A stretch of DNA of 64,000 bases from Candidatus Avedoeria danica (GCA_016703025.1 JADJCV010000004.1:299164-363163), one strand, 5' to 3'; counted from the first letter of the stretch, positions 8,858-19,863 are shown. Notes: generated from the sequence alone by a model not told the origin. A program made the numbers and translations.

Positions 8858-10435
8858 CTACCGCCGAACGCCCCGTACCGCAAACGGCATGAACCCCCAC
8901 CACCGCGAGGGCGTCGGCGAGGGCTCCGGCGTCGGCGTGTTCGTCACCGTCGGCGTCGCGCTCGGCGGCTCGGTCGCCGTGGCCGTCGGGACGTCCGTCG
9001 ATGTCGGTTCCGTCGTCGCGGTGGCCGTTGCGGTTGCCGTCGCCGGGAGCGGGGTCGGCGTGCGCTGGCCGGCGCGGGGTGTTCGTGTCGGCTCGACGCT
9101 GGGCGTGAAGGACGGCTGCGGCGTGACGACCGGCGGCTCGTAGGCCACGCGGCGATCCGGATCGACCCGGATAAGCGTGTTCGCCTCGGTGTCGACGAAG
9201 TACAGGCGGCCGTCGGGGCCGACCTCGAGGCCGGCCAGGCGCCGGGCGTCCGTGTCCATCCGGCCCAGCTCGGCCAGCGTCGCCGTGTCGTACGCCACGA
9301 TCTCGCCCCCGGTTGCCTGACCGACGAACAGCCGCCCCGCATGGAGCGCCACGCCCGACGGCTGCTTCAGGCCGCTCGCCACGACCTCGACCGTCGTGCC
9401 GCGCCACGTGGAAAGCTCGGCCAGCGGCTCGTTGTCGGGCTCGAGCGTCTCGGCACGCCGACCGCTGTCGATCTTCAACCGGATGACGCGACCGGCGCCC
9501 GGATCCGCGGCGTACAGCCAGCCGGTGGCCTTGTCGAGGGCAAGATGACCCGGAATGTCGGCCGTGTAGCCCACCTTCGCCTCGACATAACGGCGGACGA
9601 TCCCGTCGCTGTGGTCATCCCAGCCCGGGCCGTGGTCGACGGCGAAGTCGTAGCGCACGAGATGGCCGTGCAGCCCGTCGAACGCCCAGTAGGCGTTGCC
9701 CGCTTCGTGCTCGATGCCCATGCAGTTCGGGCTCTGGTGGAGCATGTCGATATGGCTGCCCAGCCGCGGATTGGGGCCCTGCGCCACGTCGAACGGCCGC
9801 AGCGCGCGCGTCGCCTTGTCGCCCGGCCCGGAGCTCGGCAAGCAGGCGAACGCCCGCCCGACCGGCGCGGCGAAGCCGAGCGTGGCGGCAGGATCGACCG
9901 GCTGGTGGGAGCGCAGCAGCGCATCCATGTCCAGCGTCTGGTTGATGCGCGCATAGATGCTCAGGTCGGCCGTCCAGAGCGTCGGCCCCATGAAGTCGTT
10001 CGGGTTGTGCTGGCGGTTGTACGTGTTCCGCGACTCCTGGCAGGTCGCGAAGTTCCCGTAGTCGCCGAACGCGACGCTGCTGACCTCTTCCATGAAGTGG
10101 TTGCGGAACTTGTCCAGCCGCGCCTCGACCCGCTCTTGCGGCGTCCCGGGCTGAAAGTAGAGGACTGTGCCGTCCGTCGGCCGGTTCACCGTCCAGAGCT
10201 CGTACGGCCGCTCCGGGTTGAACGCCAGGTCGCGCGGGCCGGACAGGCCGTCGCGCTCGTCGCCGATCACCCGCAGGGCACGCTCGCCGGTCGCGCCGAA
10301 CTCGGGGACGGCGGGGCCTTGTGCCGCGACGCGACCCAGCCCGACAACGGAGAACATGATCGCACCGCTGGCGATGACCACCCATCCCACCGCCCTGCGA
10401 AACCGATTCATCGTCCGTTCCATCGTCCGTTCCAT
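8858..10435 (-). CDS. Secreted NHL/SMP-30-like beta-propeller repeat protein with C-terminal Pro/Thr-rich tail
   Basis: AAGGAG then ATG, 7 nt apart. Begins MERTMERTMNRF… (12-bp tandem repeat x3), then signal-like AVGWVVIASGAIMFSVVGLGRVAAQG. NHL-like blades GRVIRLKIDSG, GRLFVGQATGGEIVAYD, DGRLYFVDTEANTLIRVD. Tail PTPLPATATATATATTEPTS…RWWGFMPFAVRGVRR. The track ORF start at 10978 is a read-through extension. Confidence 0.6.
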   Translation of the reverse strand: MERTMERTMNRFRRAVGWVVIASGAIMFSVVGLGRVAAQGPAVPEFGATGERALRVIGDERDGLSGPRDLAFNPERPYELWTVNRPTDGTVLYFQPGTPQERVEARLDKFRNHFMEEVSSVAFGDYGNFATCQESRNTYNRQHNPNDFMGPTLWTADLSIYARINQTLDMDALLRSHQPVDPAATLGFAAPVGRAFACLPSSGPGDKATRALRPFDVAQGPNPRLGSHIDMLHQSPNCMGIEHEAGNAYWAFDGLHGHLVRYDFAVDHGPGWDDHSDGIVRRYVEAKVGYTADIPGHLALDKATGWLYAADPGAGRVIRLKIDSGRRAETLEPDNEPLAELSTWRGTTVEVVASGLKQPSGVALHAGRLFVGQATGGEIVAYDTATLAELGRMDTDARRLAGLEVGPDGRLYFVDTEANTLIRVDPDRRVAYEPPVVTPQPSFTPSVEPTRTPRAGQRTPTPLPATATATATATTEPTSTDVPTATATEPPSATPTVTNTPTPEPSPTPSRWWGFMPFAVRGVRR

Positions 10436-10727
10436 CGTCCGGCTCCTTCGTTGCGCCCGCCAAGCGTTTCGGCAAACCCACCCATCGATTCGGCCAACCC
10501 GCACACCGCCATCATCACCCCCACCGCGTAGGGGCGACGCATGCGTCGCCCTCCCCCGCCCGCCACATGGGACCGCCTGCGACGCGCTCAACGATCGAAT
10601 GGGGGCAATTGTATGGATTGGGTGGCCACGGCGACGCGTTCCAGGGCGACGCATGGCGTCGCCCCTACGCGAGCGCGACGCGTGTGGGCCTTCGGCATGG
10701 CGTTGCGGTTGACTTCGAGACACCCCG

Positions 10728-13700
10728 TCATCGCCCCGCCCACAACGGACCCGGCGGGCAGCGGGCGGTGACGACGGCCCATTCGCCGCCTCCCTCGCCG
10801 TCGAACGAGTCGGTCCGCACGCGGACGCGTTGGCGGCTGCCGGCGATTGCGACGAGGGGAGGCAGCACGGGGGCGGCGGTGTCGCCGATTCCGCGAGCCA
10901 CGACGATCGCACCGGCGGCCTCGGCGGCCCGCGCTTCGGCGGCGGCGGAGGCGGTCTGCGCCGGCCACGCCCGCCCATCGCTGATGATGACGATCAGCTT
11001 CGCCGCCGATGGGCGGGCACGGACGAGCTCGGCGCGTGCCAGGGCAAGGGCACGGTCGATCGGCGTCTCCAACGACGTCGCACGTTCGACGGTCAGGCCC
11101 TCGACGAGCGGCAGCACGTCGATCGGGCGCGTGAACGGCGCGCGCAGCGCAGCCACGTCGCCGACGGTGATGATCGCCGCGCGATCGTCGGGACCCGCGG
11201 CCAGGGCGACGAGCCCGCCCGTGGCGGCGGACTTGGCCAAGTCGAGCCGCGTAAGCGCGCCGTCCCGCTCCGCCATGTGGGCGGACGTGTCGATGACCAA
11301 GACGGCATCGACGTCGGTGTCGCCCGGACCGCAGCGGCCGAGGAGCGCCACCGGCAGCCAGAGCGTCGCCGGCGTACGGGCGGACGTCGGCGACGGGGCG
11401 GTCGGTGCACTGGAAGGTGTGGCGGAAGGCGTGGCGGAAGGCGTGGCGGTCGACGTCCACGTCGGCGGGACGGTCTGCATGCCGTCGATCGTCGGCGAGC
11501 CCGTGGCCGTGGCAACGATCGTCCCGTCGACGGTCGGCGTCGGCGATGGCGTGCGCTCCCACGGCAGTTCGATCGTCGGGCTGCGCGTCGGGCCGATCGT
11601 CGGCGTCGCACGGCGGGTCGGGGTCGGCGGCGGCGTCGGGGTGGGCGGGGCGAGGGGGAGGGCGGACAGGCGGGCCGCGTGCACGTTGTTGGCCTCGGCA
11701 TCGGCCGCTGCGTCCACGGCCCGCCATCCACCGGCGCACTCGGCCACGACGCCGCGCGGGTCCACGATGACCGCCACGGTGTCCGCGTCCGCGGGCCAGG
11801 CGACGGCAACGTCGACGTACGTCCCGGCGGCGAGGGGTGCCCCGAGCGTCGCCGTGGCCGCCAAGGTGCCGGTGACGAACGTGCGGTGGAAGGCGATCTC
11901 GACGCCGCGGCCGGCCGCCGCACTGCCGGCGTTGCCGATCCGCGCCAGCACGCGCGGCGCGCCGGGCGGGGCGCCGGCGTCGCGGACGAGGCGGCCGACG
12001 GTCAGGTCGGGCTGGCCGAACGACGGCGCGCCCGGGAGGCCGGCGTCGCGGAACCCGTTGCGCAGCTGCCAGCTCGGCGGGGCGACGAGCGGGATGTGGC
12101 CGGCGTCGTCGACGAACGTGTGCGCGAAGGCGTGCTGGTTCCAGACGGGGCGGGCCGGCGCCCAGGCCGGGTTCTCGAAGACCGCCAACCCCGCGTCGGC
12201 CGACATGTTGCCGTTGGTGTCGGTGCCGCCGACGCCGACGACGAGATCGGCATGGGCATCGCCGTCGACATCCGCCACGACGGGCATCTCGAAGGTCGTG
12301 AGGCTCGGCCGGGCCGTCTGCCAGATGGGGATCCCGGTTCGGCCATCGATGAGCCGCAGCCTCGACCGGTCGGCGTACACGACCTCGGAGGCACCGTCGC
12401 CGTCGAAATCGAACGCCGTAGCCGACGTGACGCCGGAGTTGTCATCATCCGTGTCCAGCTGCCACAGGACGCCGCCGGTTGTGTTTCGGGCGGTGAAGAG
12501 CTTGCGCCCCGCCACGCCAAAGTCCGCCCGTCCGTCCCCATCGAAGTCGGCGATGACCGGCGGGCCGCCCTGTCCGCCGCGGCCCTGGCGGCAGACGATC
12601 GGTGTGTCGGCGAAGCACCGCGATCTGTCGAGCGGCGCACCGTTGTGGTGAAGAAGCTGCACATCGCCGTCGTCGCCGACGATGACGATCTCGGGGTACG
12701 GGTCGTCGTCGAGGTTGGCGACGGCGTTGAAGCCGACGCCCTTGGCGGCGCCCTCGAACTGCCACAGCGGCTCGAGCCAGCGGTCCTCGAGGTGCGCCTT
12801 GAGGGCAAAACCGAAGCCGATGATCTCCGGCCGCGGCGGACCCTCATCGCCGCTCAGGCCGACGAGGTCGAGATCAACGGCCATCGCACCGGGGGGAAGG
12901 CGGCCGAGAAGCTTGCCGGCGGCGTCGAGCAGGACGTCGTCGACGAGGATCTCCGGCCAGCCGTCCGCATCGAGGTCGGCCAGCGACGGGCCGGCGAGGC
13001 GCAGGCGGGTGTTGTCGGGGTTGGCCAGCACGGGGTCGCTGCGCCAGACCGGCGTGCCGTCGATGTCGAACGCGAGGACGTGCTCGTACGCGGCATCCAC
13101 GGCGACGATCTCGGGCGGGCCGTCGCCGAGAAGGTCGCCGACGGCCGGTGCGCTGAACGCGCCCACCCGCCAGTCCGGGGCCGTGACGGCGAACCTGTCG
13201 GCGCCCGTGCGCCCGTCGACCGCGCGGAGGATGCCGCTGTCGGGCTCGGTGTCCCGGTCGAGGGTGACGAAGACGATCTCGGCCACGCCGTCGCCGTCCA
13301 GGTCGACGATCGCCGGCGACGCCTCGACCTGACGCTTCGTCGGGGACGGCGGCGTCGTGCCGGGCAGCGGCCACCGCCACTTGGCGCGCGGGGTGGCGAT
13401 GCCGGCGGTCGCGCCCGGCGCCGCGCGGCGGCAGAGGCCGGCGGTCGTTCCGACATTGTTCGTCACGTTGCCCTCGCCCACCGTGCCGCTGTCCCGAACG
13501 CTGACGAGTACGGGCGCATCGCGGAACGGCAGCCGGCCGCCGCCCGGCGCGCCGATCCCGACGGTGCCGAGCGGCGGCACGTCGTCCGGCAGGAAGGCGT
13601 TCGCCAGGACGGTGTCGGCCCCCGGTTCGAACCGCCGGCTGCCGTTCGCGTCGGCGAACCACGTCACGGTGATCGGCGCGCGCGACGAAGCGGCGCCGAC

Positions 13701-14006
13701 GTTCGTCACGGTGACGGCGAACGTGGCGGTCAACGCCAGGGTCTGCGCGTTGTGCAGCGCCGGCGCCACACGCAGGCCGCCGATCGCGAGATCCGGCCGC
13801 CGGACGGGCGTTGCGGGCACGGGCGTCGGTGTCGGGGGGCGGGGCGTGGGCGTCACGACCGTCGGTTGCTGGCGGGGGCTCGGGCCGGAATCGAAGGCGC
13901 TGCGCGCTGATCGGGCGAGCGCGACATGCCAAGCGAGCGCGACCGCGGCGGCCACGAGCACGGCGGCGATGAGGCGGTGTCGGGGCGTCGCGGGGCGGGG
14001 CGGCAT
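10728..14006 (-). CDS. Membrane-anchored CARDB / FG-GAP (integrin-alpha-like) beta-propeller / PT-linker / C-terminal VWA domain protein
   Basis: Start MPPRPATPRHRLIAAVLVAAAVALAWHVALA (TM/signal). FG-GAP motifs DLDGDGVAEIVFV, DLDADGWPEILV, ADFDGDGRADFGV, FDFDGDGASEVVY, ADVDGDAHADLVV. PT linker. VWA MIDAS-like DAVLVIDTSAHMAE…IVIISDGRAW. The exact start is inferred. Confidence 0.65.
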   Translation of the reverse strand: MPPRPATPRHRLIAAVLVAAAVALAWHVALARSARSAFDSGPSPRQQPTVVTPTPRPPTPTPVPATPVRRPDLAIGGLRVAPALHNAQTLALTATFAVTVTNVGAASSRAPITVTWFADANGSRRFEPGADTVLANAFLPDDVPPLGTVGIGAPGGGRLPFRDAPVLVSVRDSGTVGEGNVTNNVGTTAGLCRRAAPGATAGIATPRAKWRWPLPGTTPPSPTKRQVEASPAIVDLDGDGVAEIVFVTLDRDTEPDSGILRAVDGRTGADRFAVTAPDWRVGAFSAPAVGDLLGDGPPEIVAVDAAYEHVLAFDIDGTPVWRSDPVLANPDNTRLRLAGPSLADLDADGWPEILVDDVLLDAAGKLLGRLPPGAMAVDLDLVGLSGDEGPPRPEIIGFGFALKAHLEDRWLEPLWQFEGAAKGVGFNAVANLDDDPYPEIVIVGDDGDVQLLHHNGAPLDRSRCFADTPIVCRQGRGGQGGPPVIADFDGDGRADFGVAGRKLFTARNTTGGVLWQLDTDDDNSGVTSATAFDFDGDGASEVVYADRSRLRLIDGRTGIPIWQTARPSLTTFEMPVVADVDGDAHADLVVGVGGTDTNGNMSADAGLAVFENPAWAPARPVWNQHAFAHTFVDDAGHIPLVAPPSWQLRNGFRDAGLPGAPSFGQPDLTVGRLVRDAGAPPGAPRVLARIGNAGSAAAGRGVEIAFHRTFVTGTLAATATLGAPLAAGTYVDVAVAWPADADTVAVIVDPRGVVAECAGGWRAVDAAADAEANNVHAARLSALPLAPPTPTPPPTPTRRATPTIGPTRSPTIELPWERTPSPTPTVDGTIVATATGSPTIDGMQTVPPTWTSTATPSATPSATPSSAPTAPSPTSARTPATLWLPVALLGRCGPGDTDVDAVLVIDTSAHMAERDGALTRLDLAKSAATGGLVALAAGPDDRAAIITVGDVAALRAPFTRPIDVLPLVEGLTVERATSLETPIDRALALARAELVRARPSAAKLIVIISDGRAWPAQTASAAAEARAAEAAGAIVVARGIGDTAAPVLPPLVAIAGSRQRVRVRTDSFDGEGGGEWAVVTARCPPGPLWAGR

Positions 14007-14237
14007 GGGGGAAGTGTAGCGTGCGCATGGGACGGGGTCACCGGCAGCCGGTGGCTGCCGCCGTCTGCGCCGTGCCGGCGGCCGATCCCCGCCCGGCGTT
14101 GCCCACGGCCGCTCCCCAACGTCGCGCCCCAATGCCGCTCCCAAAACCGGAGGAGCCGGCCCGGTCATGGCGACCGGACCGGCTCCTCGTCATCGAACGC
14201 GTTCGAGCGACGCCGCGCGCACGTGGCGCGCGTACCG

Positions 14238-17200
14238 TCAGCGCGTCGCGCGCTCGTGCACGCTCTCGAGCACCGCGCTGCCCGTTATGGCCGGCGGCGG
14301 CTCCTCGACACCGAACAGGGCCGTGCGCAGCAGCGCCGGCAGGAACACGCCGTCCGGGGTCACCGGGACCGGCGTCGGCACCGTGCCCGTCGGGTACCAG
14401 CGGACCGGGACACGCATCATCTGCGGCGAAGCGGTCGGGCCCATGAACAGGACGCCGGTGCTCGGCTCCGTCCGGCCGGCGACGGCCTGCGCGTCCGGAC
14501 AGACCCGGATCATCGTCCGCTTGCCGGCCTCGATCGAGGTCGGCGGGTCGGTGACGCCGATGTCGTCGCCGTACGTCGCATCGATCGTCAACGTGAACGT
14601 CGTGCCGTTGCCCGGCACCGTGAAGCCGTGCACGAGGACGACGTACTCGCCGGACGGGCTGATGCTGTCGAGAACGACTTCTTCGTCGGCGTTCGGGGTG
14701 GTCGAGCTGCCGACCTGCTCGTTCGTGAAGTTGAACGTGCCGTCGGCGTTGTTGTCGTAGAGGACGAAGAGGTCGAGGTCAACGCCGTCGTCGTTGCCGT
14801 CGACGGTGAAGCTCAACCGGGCCGCTTCGCTCTCCAGCGTGTAGGTGTAGCGATAGCTGGCCGCGGCGGCGACGTTCTGATCGTCCTGCTTGGCCGGTTG
14901 ATCGGTCTCGACGACGGGCGGATGCATTCCGTAGGCCATTACGGCCAGGTCGTCGATCGGCAGATCGGACATGAGCGCCACTTCGGTGCACGCCGGCCCC
15001 TCGAGGACGACCTCGCCGGGCGTGATCCGGATCGAGCCGACGGTCGTCTCGAACGGGATCTCGATGGACGAGCCGCTGAAGAGGACGTTGTCGAGCATGA
15101 GCTCGTGCAGTCCTTCGCCGGCCGGCGCCGAGACCCAGTCCTCGTTGCCGCCACTCGAGGTGTTGAACGCCCAGCGGCCGTCCCCCTGGATGTTGCTCGA
15201 CGGGCTCTGCGCCAGCAGCGCGAGCGTATGCGGGCCGTACCAGGCGGTGTCTGCGCGGTTGCGCGTCTGCCCGTCCGCCTCCGGCTCGCCGTTGGCGGGG
15301 TGCGTCGGGTCCGTGTACCGGTCCATCGACGGGCCGTACAGGCGCGTGTCGATGTCCGTCATCTTCTCCGACGGGTCGTCCCAGCGGGTCCTGGAGATGA
15401 GGTACGAGAGCGTGTTCTTCGGCGGCTTGGCGGCATCCAGGAGGAAGTAGCGCCAGTCGCCCGACTCCGGCCGCCAGCCCCAGCTCTGCGCGCCGGCGAC
15501 CGCACCGTTGTTGTACGGCGCGTCGCGGTCGTCGCCCTCGGCACCGCCGAACGTGACCGGGCCGTTCCAGCCGTACGACGCGGCGACGTTCACGTTCACC
15601 GGGATCGTCAGGCGACGGCCGGGCAGCTCGTAACCGCCGCGCGGCTCCTCGGGTGCCAGCTCGGCGAACACCGGGACGTCGCCGCCGGCGGTGTCGCGCG
15701 CGTAGTCGGCGAAGATGGCGCCGACGTAGCTGCCGTACGCGGCGTCGGCCGGGACGCTCATCGTCGCGTCGACGGTGAAGGTGCCCGGCGTGCCGCCGGC
15801 GGCGGCCGGGATCGTGACCGTCGAGTCGCCGGTCGAGAGCCACGGCCAGTCGACGTAATCGTAGTAGTCAACGCGCAGCGTCAGGTCCGTGACCGGCATC
15901 TTCGTGCTGCGGCCGCGCTGATCCCATGTGCCGCCCGCGTTGAACCACGCTTCCCAGTGCGACAAGCCGATGTAGATCCCGTTGCCCCACCGCTCCAGCG
16001 GGTGGTGAACGGTGACGAGGTGGTTGTTCGCGTCGTTGTTCAGATAGGCGAACCGCATGTACTCGCCCTGCTCGATCTCCGATGCGCCGTAGTCGAGCAT
16101 GTTCGAGATCTTGGCGGGGTTGCCCGGCGGCGTCGAGTCCAGCGTCTGGGTGTAGAAGTCGCTCAGCTTGAGGTCGACGACCCCGTTGCCGTTCGCGTCG
16201 TTCCAGAGCTTCTGGTTGTCGTTGCGGTCCGTGTGCTGATACACCGTCAGACGCCAGATGTTGTCGGAGATGAGGTAGGACTCCTTCGGCGTTCCCGGGC
16301 GCCACGGGCCGACGTCAGGCGCCTCGAAGTCCATGTCCTCGAGCGGATAGGCCATCCGCACGACCATCAGGTCGGTGCCCGCCGGAACGGCGTCCTTGTC
16401 GATCGGCACGAGGTACTGCGGCGCGTTGAAGGACGTCGGCGAGCCGACCTCCTCGGTCACGGTCTTGGACGTCCACGGGATGTCCGTGTGCCCGACGCGG
16501 CGCAGCCACTGGCCGGACACCTTGACCTCGACGGGCTTGTCGTCCGCGTTCGAGAGCGTGAACGTCTGCTTGGCCTGGGAGCCGCGCGTCTGCATCTTGG
16601 CGAAGGCCGGGTAGGTCTTGCCGCGGTAGCCGCCGGTCGTCCACTCGGACGGCATGGACGCGACGCCGTACAGGCCGCCCGCGATCCGCGCCGCGTCGGC
16701 GGCGTCGAGCACGCCGGCGCCGGTGACGAAGGCGTCGTAGCCGTTGAAGCGGCTGCCGGCCATCGCGATCGAACGCGCCTCCTGCCAGGTCGGCCAGCGC
16801 CCGTGCTTGTCGTCGAAGGCCTGGTAGATCAGGGACATCAGGCCGGCGGCGACCGGCGACGAGCGGCTCGTGCCGCCCCATGTGCCGTTCGCGAACTCGC
16901 CGTCCCGCTTGAACTCGGGCTGGTTCGCGTTCGTGACGACGGCGTTCAGCGGGCTCGAGCCCGAGGCGTACGCGCCGTCGGCGGCCAAGCTGGCGCCGGC
17001 GCCCAGCAGGGCGATCGGGCCACGGTCCGACCACGGCGTGATGTCGCCGAACGTGATCTGCTTGGTGTCGTACGCCGAGTCCCAGCCGGTCGAGCCCATC
17101 TGGGTGCTGGCGGCGATGCCCATGCCGGTGGCCGGCTTGGGCACCGGGATCGTGCCGTAGCCCGGGCCGCCGTTGCCGTTGGAGTACAGCCCGGTCGACG

Positions 17201-18965
17201 TCGGGTTGAACGTCCGGACGTAGTAGTCGATCGCGTGCGAGTAGAGGTCCCAGCCGTCGTCGTCGTTGCCGGAGAAGCCGTAGCTGTTGGACGTGATCTG
17301 CGGGTCGTCCGACGGATCGGCCGGGTCGGCGCCGAGGACGCCGAAGCGCCAGCCGGCATCGAACGACGGGTCACCGCCGGAGTAGATGTTGCCGACGGAG
17401 ATGATCTTCGCTTCCTTGCCCATGCCCGGATTGAGCGGCATCGGCTTGTGGTTGCCCGGCAGGTCCTGGAACTGGAGCGACACCGCGTCGGGCACGCCGA
17501 GGACGCCCCGCGAGGCGACGTTGGAGGCGCACAGCGTACCGTGGCCGCCCGTGTCGGCCTGGATGGCGACGTACATGCCGGCGGCGGGCTTCTCGTCGGC
17601 GAGTCCGAAGAGGTAGGAACCGGGCGGCGTCGACTGGCCGTCGGAGATCCAGTAGACCGTGCCGGCCGAGAAGTCGGCGATGCCGTTGCCGTTGATGTCC
17701 CGCCATGCGACGGGGTTCGCCTTGGTCTGCGGCATCTCATCCGTGAAGTCGCGGTCGAAGTCGAGGTCGACATACACCGTGTCGTACACGCCGGACGCGT
17801 TCGCGTCGACGACGATCATGTCCATGTAGCGGGACACGACGAACGGCACCGCGTTCGGCTCGCCGCCGAGCGGGCGGATGTTCGCGTCCGGGTGGTAGCC
17901 GTGCAGGATCCGGCCGCTCTTGGACGGGGGCATGACGAACGAGCAATTCGGCGGCAGGAACACGTTCAAGTTCTGGTTCGCCGGCCGGACGATCGCCCGC
18001 GACTGGACGCAGCCCGTCAGGACGCTCGTGCCGTTCACCATGGCGGCGGTCGGCGTGACGACGTTGGACATGAGGACGAGGCCGCCGGCGCCCTGCTGCG
18101 CACGCGGCCGACCCTGGGTCACCGGGATGCGCACGTCCTGTGACCACAGGTTGACACCATACGGGTCGAAGATCTCGGGCCAGCCCGTGTATGGCCCCTT
18201 CTCGTAGACGGCGTACGTGCCCTGGAGGTCGGGATGGGCGAAGTCGACCGACGTGTCCAGCACGGCGACCTTGACGCCCTTGCCGGTGTAGCCGAGGTCC
18301 CAGGCCTCCTTGGCGGAGTGGTTCCGCCAGATGTCGTGCCAGCCCTTGGGCTCCGGGCCACCCTTCGCGCTCGGCGCCGGCTTGGCGCCCGCGCTCGAAT
18401 CGTTCTCCGGGCGGATCGTCGGCGGCGCTGCCTCGGCCTGTGCGCGCAGCTGCACGGCCTGCTCGGGCGAGATCGCCTCGTACGGGACGGTCAGGCCGTC
18501 CATGTCCATCGGCTTGGGAACGAAGATCGCGCCGGTGGCGTCCTGCGACGCGTCCGAGACGCGCGCGACGCCGGGCAGCGCCGCCAGCGCGCCGAGCTTG
18601 CCGACCGGCACCTCGACGAATGCCACGTGCTCGCCGGCCGGCATCGTCCAGGCGTGGTGGCGCGAGGTCAGCGCGTCGAAATCGACGGCGCGGTCGGACT
18701 GCACGTAGGTCATGACCACGTCCGCCGCGTCGCCGTCCTTGGCGATCGCGGTCAACCCGCTGTCGAGCTTCTCGACCGGCGAGCGATCCGCCATGTCGGC
18801 CAACACCTCGGCCGGCGAAGGGCCGGCGGCGACAGCGTCGGCCGGCGGTTGGGCAGCCGGCGATCGGCCGGCCGCGTAGAGCGCGGCCAGGGGCAGCGCC
18901 AGCAGCGCCGCGACGATCGCCAACGGAACAAGGGCCACCCGCAGGCGGCGCAACACGTCGATCAT
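14238..18965 (-). CDS. Giant secreted subtilisin-like serine peptidase (MEROPS S8), ~1575 aa
   Basis: AGGAGGGTGAGG then ATG. Signal/TM MIDVLRRLRVALVPLAIVAALLALPLAALYAAG. Catalytic triad contexts VKVAVLDTSVDFAHPDL (Asp), HGTLCASNVAS (His), GTSRSSPVAAGLMSLI (Ser). Long C-terminal extension. Confidence 0.8.
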   Translation of the reverse strand: MIDVLRRLRVALVPLAIVAALLALPLAALYAAGRSPAAQPPADAVAAGPSPAEVLADMADRSPVEKLDSGLTAIAKDGDAADVVMTYVQSDRAVDFDALTSRHHAWTMPAGEHVAFVEVPVGKLGALAALPGVARVSDASQDATGAIFVPKPMDMDGLTVPYEAISPEQAVQLRAQAEAAPPTIRPENDSSAGAKPAPSAKGGPEPKGWHDIWRNHSAKEAWDLGYTGKGVKVAVLDTSVDFAHPDLQGTYAVYEKGPYTGWPEIFDPYGVNLWSQDVRIPVTQGRPRAQQGAGGLVLMSNVVTPTAAMVNGTSVLTGCVQSRAIVRPANQNLNVFLPPNCSFVMPPSKSGRILHGYHPDANIRPLGGEPNAVPFVVSRYMDMIVVDANASGVYDTVYVDLDFDRDFTDEMPQTKANPVAWRDINGNGIADFSAGTVYWISDGQSTPPGSYLFGLADEKPAAGMYVAIQADTGGHGTLCASNVASRGVLGVPDAVSLQFQDLPGNHKPMPLNPGMGKEAKIISVGNIYSGGDPSFDAGWRFGVLGADPADPSDDPQITSNSYGFSGNDDDGWDLYSHAIDYYVRTFNPTSTGLYSNGNGGPGYGTIPVPKPATGMGIAASTQMGSTGWDSAYDTKQITFGDITPWSDRGPIALLGAGASLAADGAYASGSSPLNAVVTNANQPEFKRDGEFANGTWGGTSRSSPVAAGLMSLIYQAFDDKHGRWPTWQEARSIAMAGSRFNGYDAFVTGAGVLDAADAARIAGGLYGVASMPSEWTTGGYRGKTYPAFAKMQTRGSQAKQTFTLSNADDKPVEVKVSGQWLRRVGHTDIPWTSKTVTEEVGSPTSFNAPQYLVPIDKDAVPAGTDLMVVRMAYPLEDMDFEAPDVGPWRPGTPKESYLISDNIWRLTVYQHTDRNDNQKLWNDANGNGVVDLKLSDFYTQTLDSTPPGNPAKISNMLDYGASEIEQGEYMRFAYLNNDANNHLVTVHHPLERWGNGIYIGLSHWEAWFNAGGTWDQRGRSTKMPVTDLTLRVDYYDYVDWPWLSTGDSTVTIPAAAGGTPGTFTVDATMSVPADAAYGSYVGAIFADYARDTAGGDVPVFAELAPEEPRGGYELPGRRLTIPVNVNVAASYGWNGPVTFGGAEGDDRDAPYNNGAVAGAQSWGWRPESGDWRYFLLDAAKPPKNTLSYLISRTRWDDPSEKMTDIDTRLYGPSMDRYTDPTHPANGEPEADGQTRNRADTAWYGPHTLALLAQSPSSNIQGDGRWAFNTSSGGNEDWVSAPAGEGLHELMLDNVLFSGSSIEIPFETTVGSIRITPGEVVLEGPACTEVALMSDLPIDDLAVMAYGMHPPVVETDQPAKQDDQNVAAAASYRYTYTLESEAARLSFTVDGNDDGVDLDLFVLYDNNADGTFNFTNEQVGSSTTPNADEEVVLDSISPSGEYVVLVHGFTVPGNGTTFTLTIDATYGDDIGVTDPPTSIEAGKRTMIRVCPDAQAVAGRTEPSTGVLFMGPTASPQMMRVPVRWYPTGTVPTPVPVTPDGVFLPALLRTALFGVEEPPPAITGSAVLESVHERATR

Positions 18966-19287
18966 CCTCACCCTCCTGTTTGAGCCGCCGGGCGCCGCAT
19001 CGGCATCCGACAACACGGTCGTTCAAATCCGGCCGATCGCGTTCGGCCGATCAAATCCGGTCGCTGCAAATGCCGGTCGTTCAAACCCCGGTCCAGTTGA
19101 ATGCCGGTCGATCCAATCGGGTCGCCGCTGGCCGGGGCCGATGGCCGGCGGCCGCTCGGCGCGGTTCGATCCGAGGCGGTACGATCCGCGCCTGACCGGT
19201 CCCGTGCGGAGCGACGTCGGATGGTACAACGAACCAGCCCGCCGCAGGCGTGACGCAGCATGCGTGCGGCTTGCGGACGGCGGACGA

Positions 19288-19863
19288 TCAGGCGCCCGCC
19301 GGCGCGGTCCCGCCGGCCGCTGCGACGGCCGAACGGAGTGCTTCCCAGTCCGGGTTGTCGCTCACATCCGCGGCGTAGCGCGCGTAGCGCACGCGGCCCG
19401 CGCGGTCGATGACGAACGTGCCGGGGAGCAGGAACGGATCGCCGGTCGGGACCCGGGGCAGGATGCCCTGCGCCGCCAGCTGCACGCCGCGCGCGACGGC
19501 CCGCGGGTGGACGATCTCCCACGGCAGCGCGCGCCGCATGCCGAACGCTCGGTGGGCGGACGTGTCCGGGCTGACGAGGACGTCGACGCCGGGCGCCGCC
19601 TTGCGCCCGAACCGCACCGCGTGCTCGGGCTCGCCGATCGCGACGGCGACAACGCGCGCGCCGAGCGCCTCGAGCGCCGGCCGCTCGCCGGCCAGCTCGC
19701 GCAGTGCGATCTGGCAATACGGACAGCCGAAGTGGCGGATGAACAGCAGGGCCGTCGGCCCGTCCGGCCAGCGATCCGCCAATCGGACGATGCCGCCTTC
19801 GGGGTCGAGGACGGTGGCGTCGGGTGCGGGATCGCCTGGCGCCAGCCGAACGCTCATCATCAC
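19288..19863 (-). CDS. Thioredoxin-fold redox protein (AhpC/TSA-like, CPYC active-site motif)
   Basis: LAPGDPAPDATVLDPEGGIVRLADRWPDGPTALLFIRHFGCPYCQ is a peroxiredoxin-like N-terminal architecture with a CxxC. GTG start sits immediately after the MFS stop, suggesting an operon. Confidence 0.7.
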   Translation of the reverse strand: MMMSVRLAPGDPAPDATVLDPEGGIVRLADRWPDGPTALLFIRHFGCPYCQIALRELAGERPALEALGARVVAVAIGEPEHAVRFGRKAAPGVDVLVSPDTSAHRAFGMRRALPWEIVHPRAVARGVQLAAQGILPRVPTGDPFLLPGTFVIDRAGRVRYARYAADVSDNPDWEALRSAVAAAGGTAPAGA

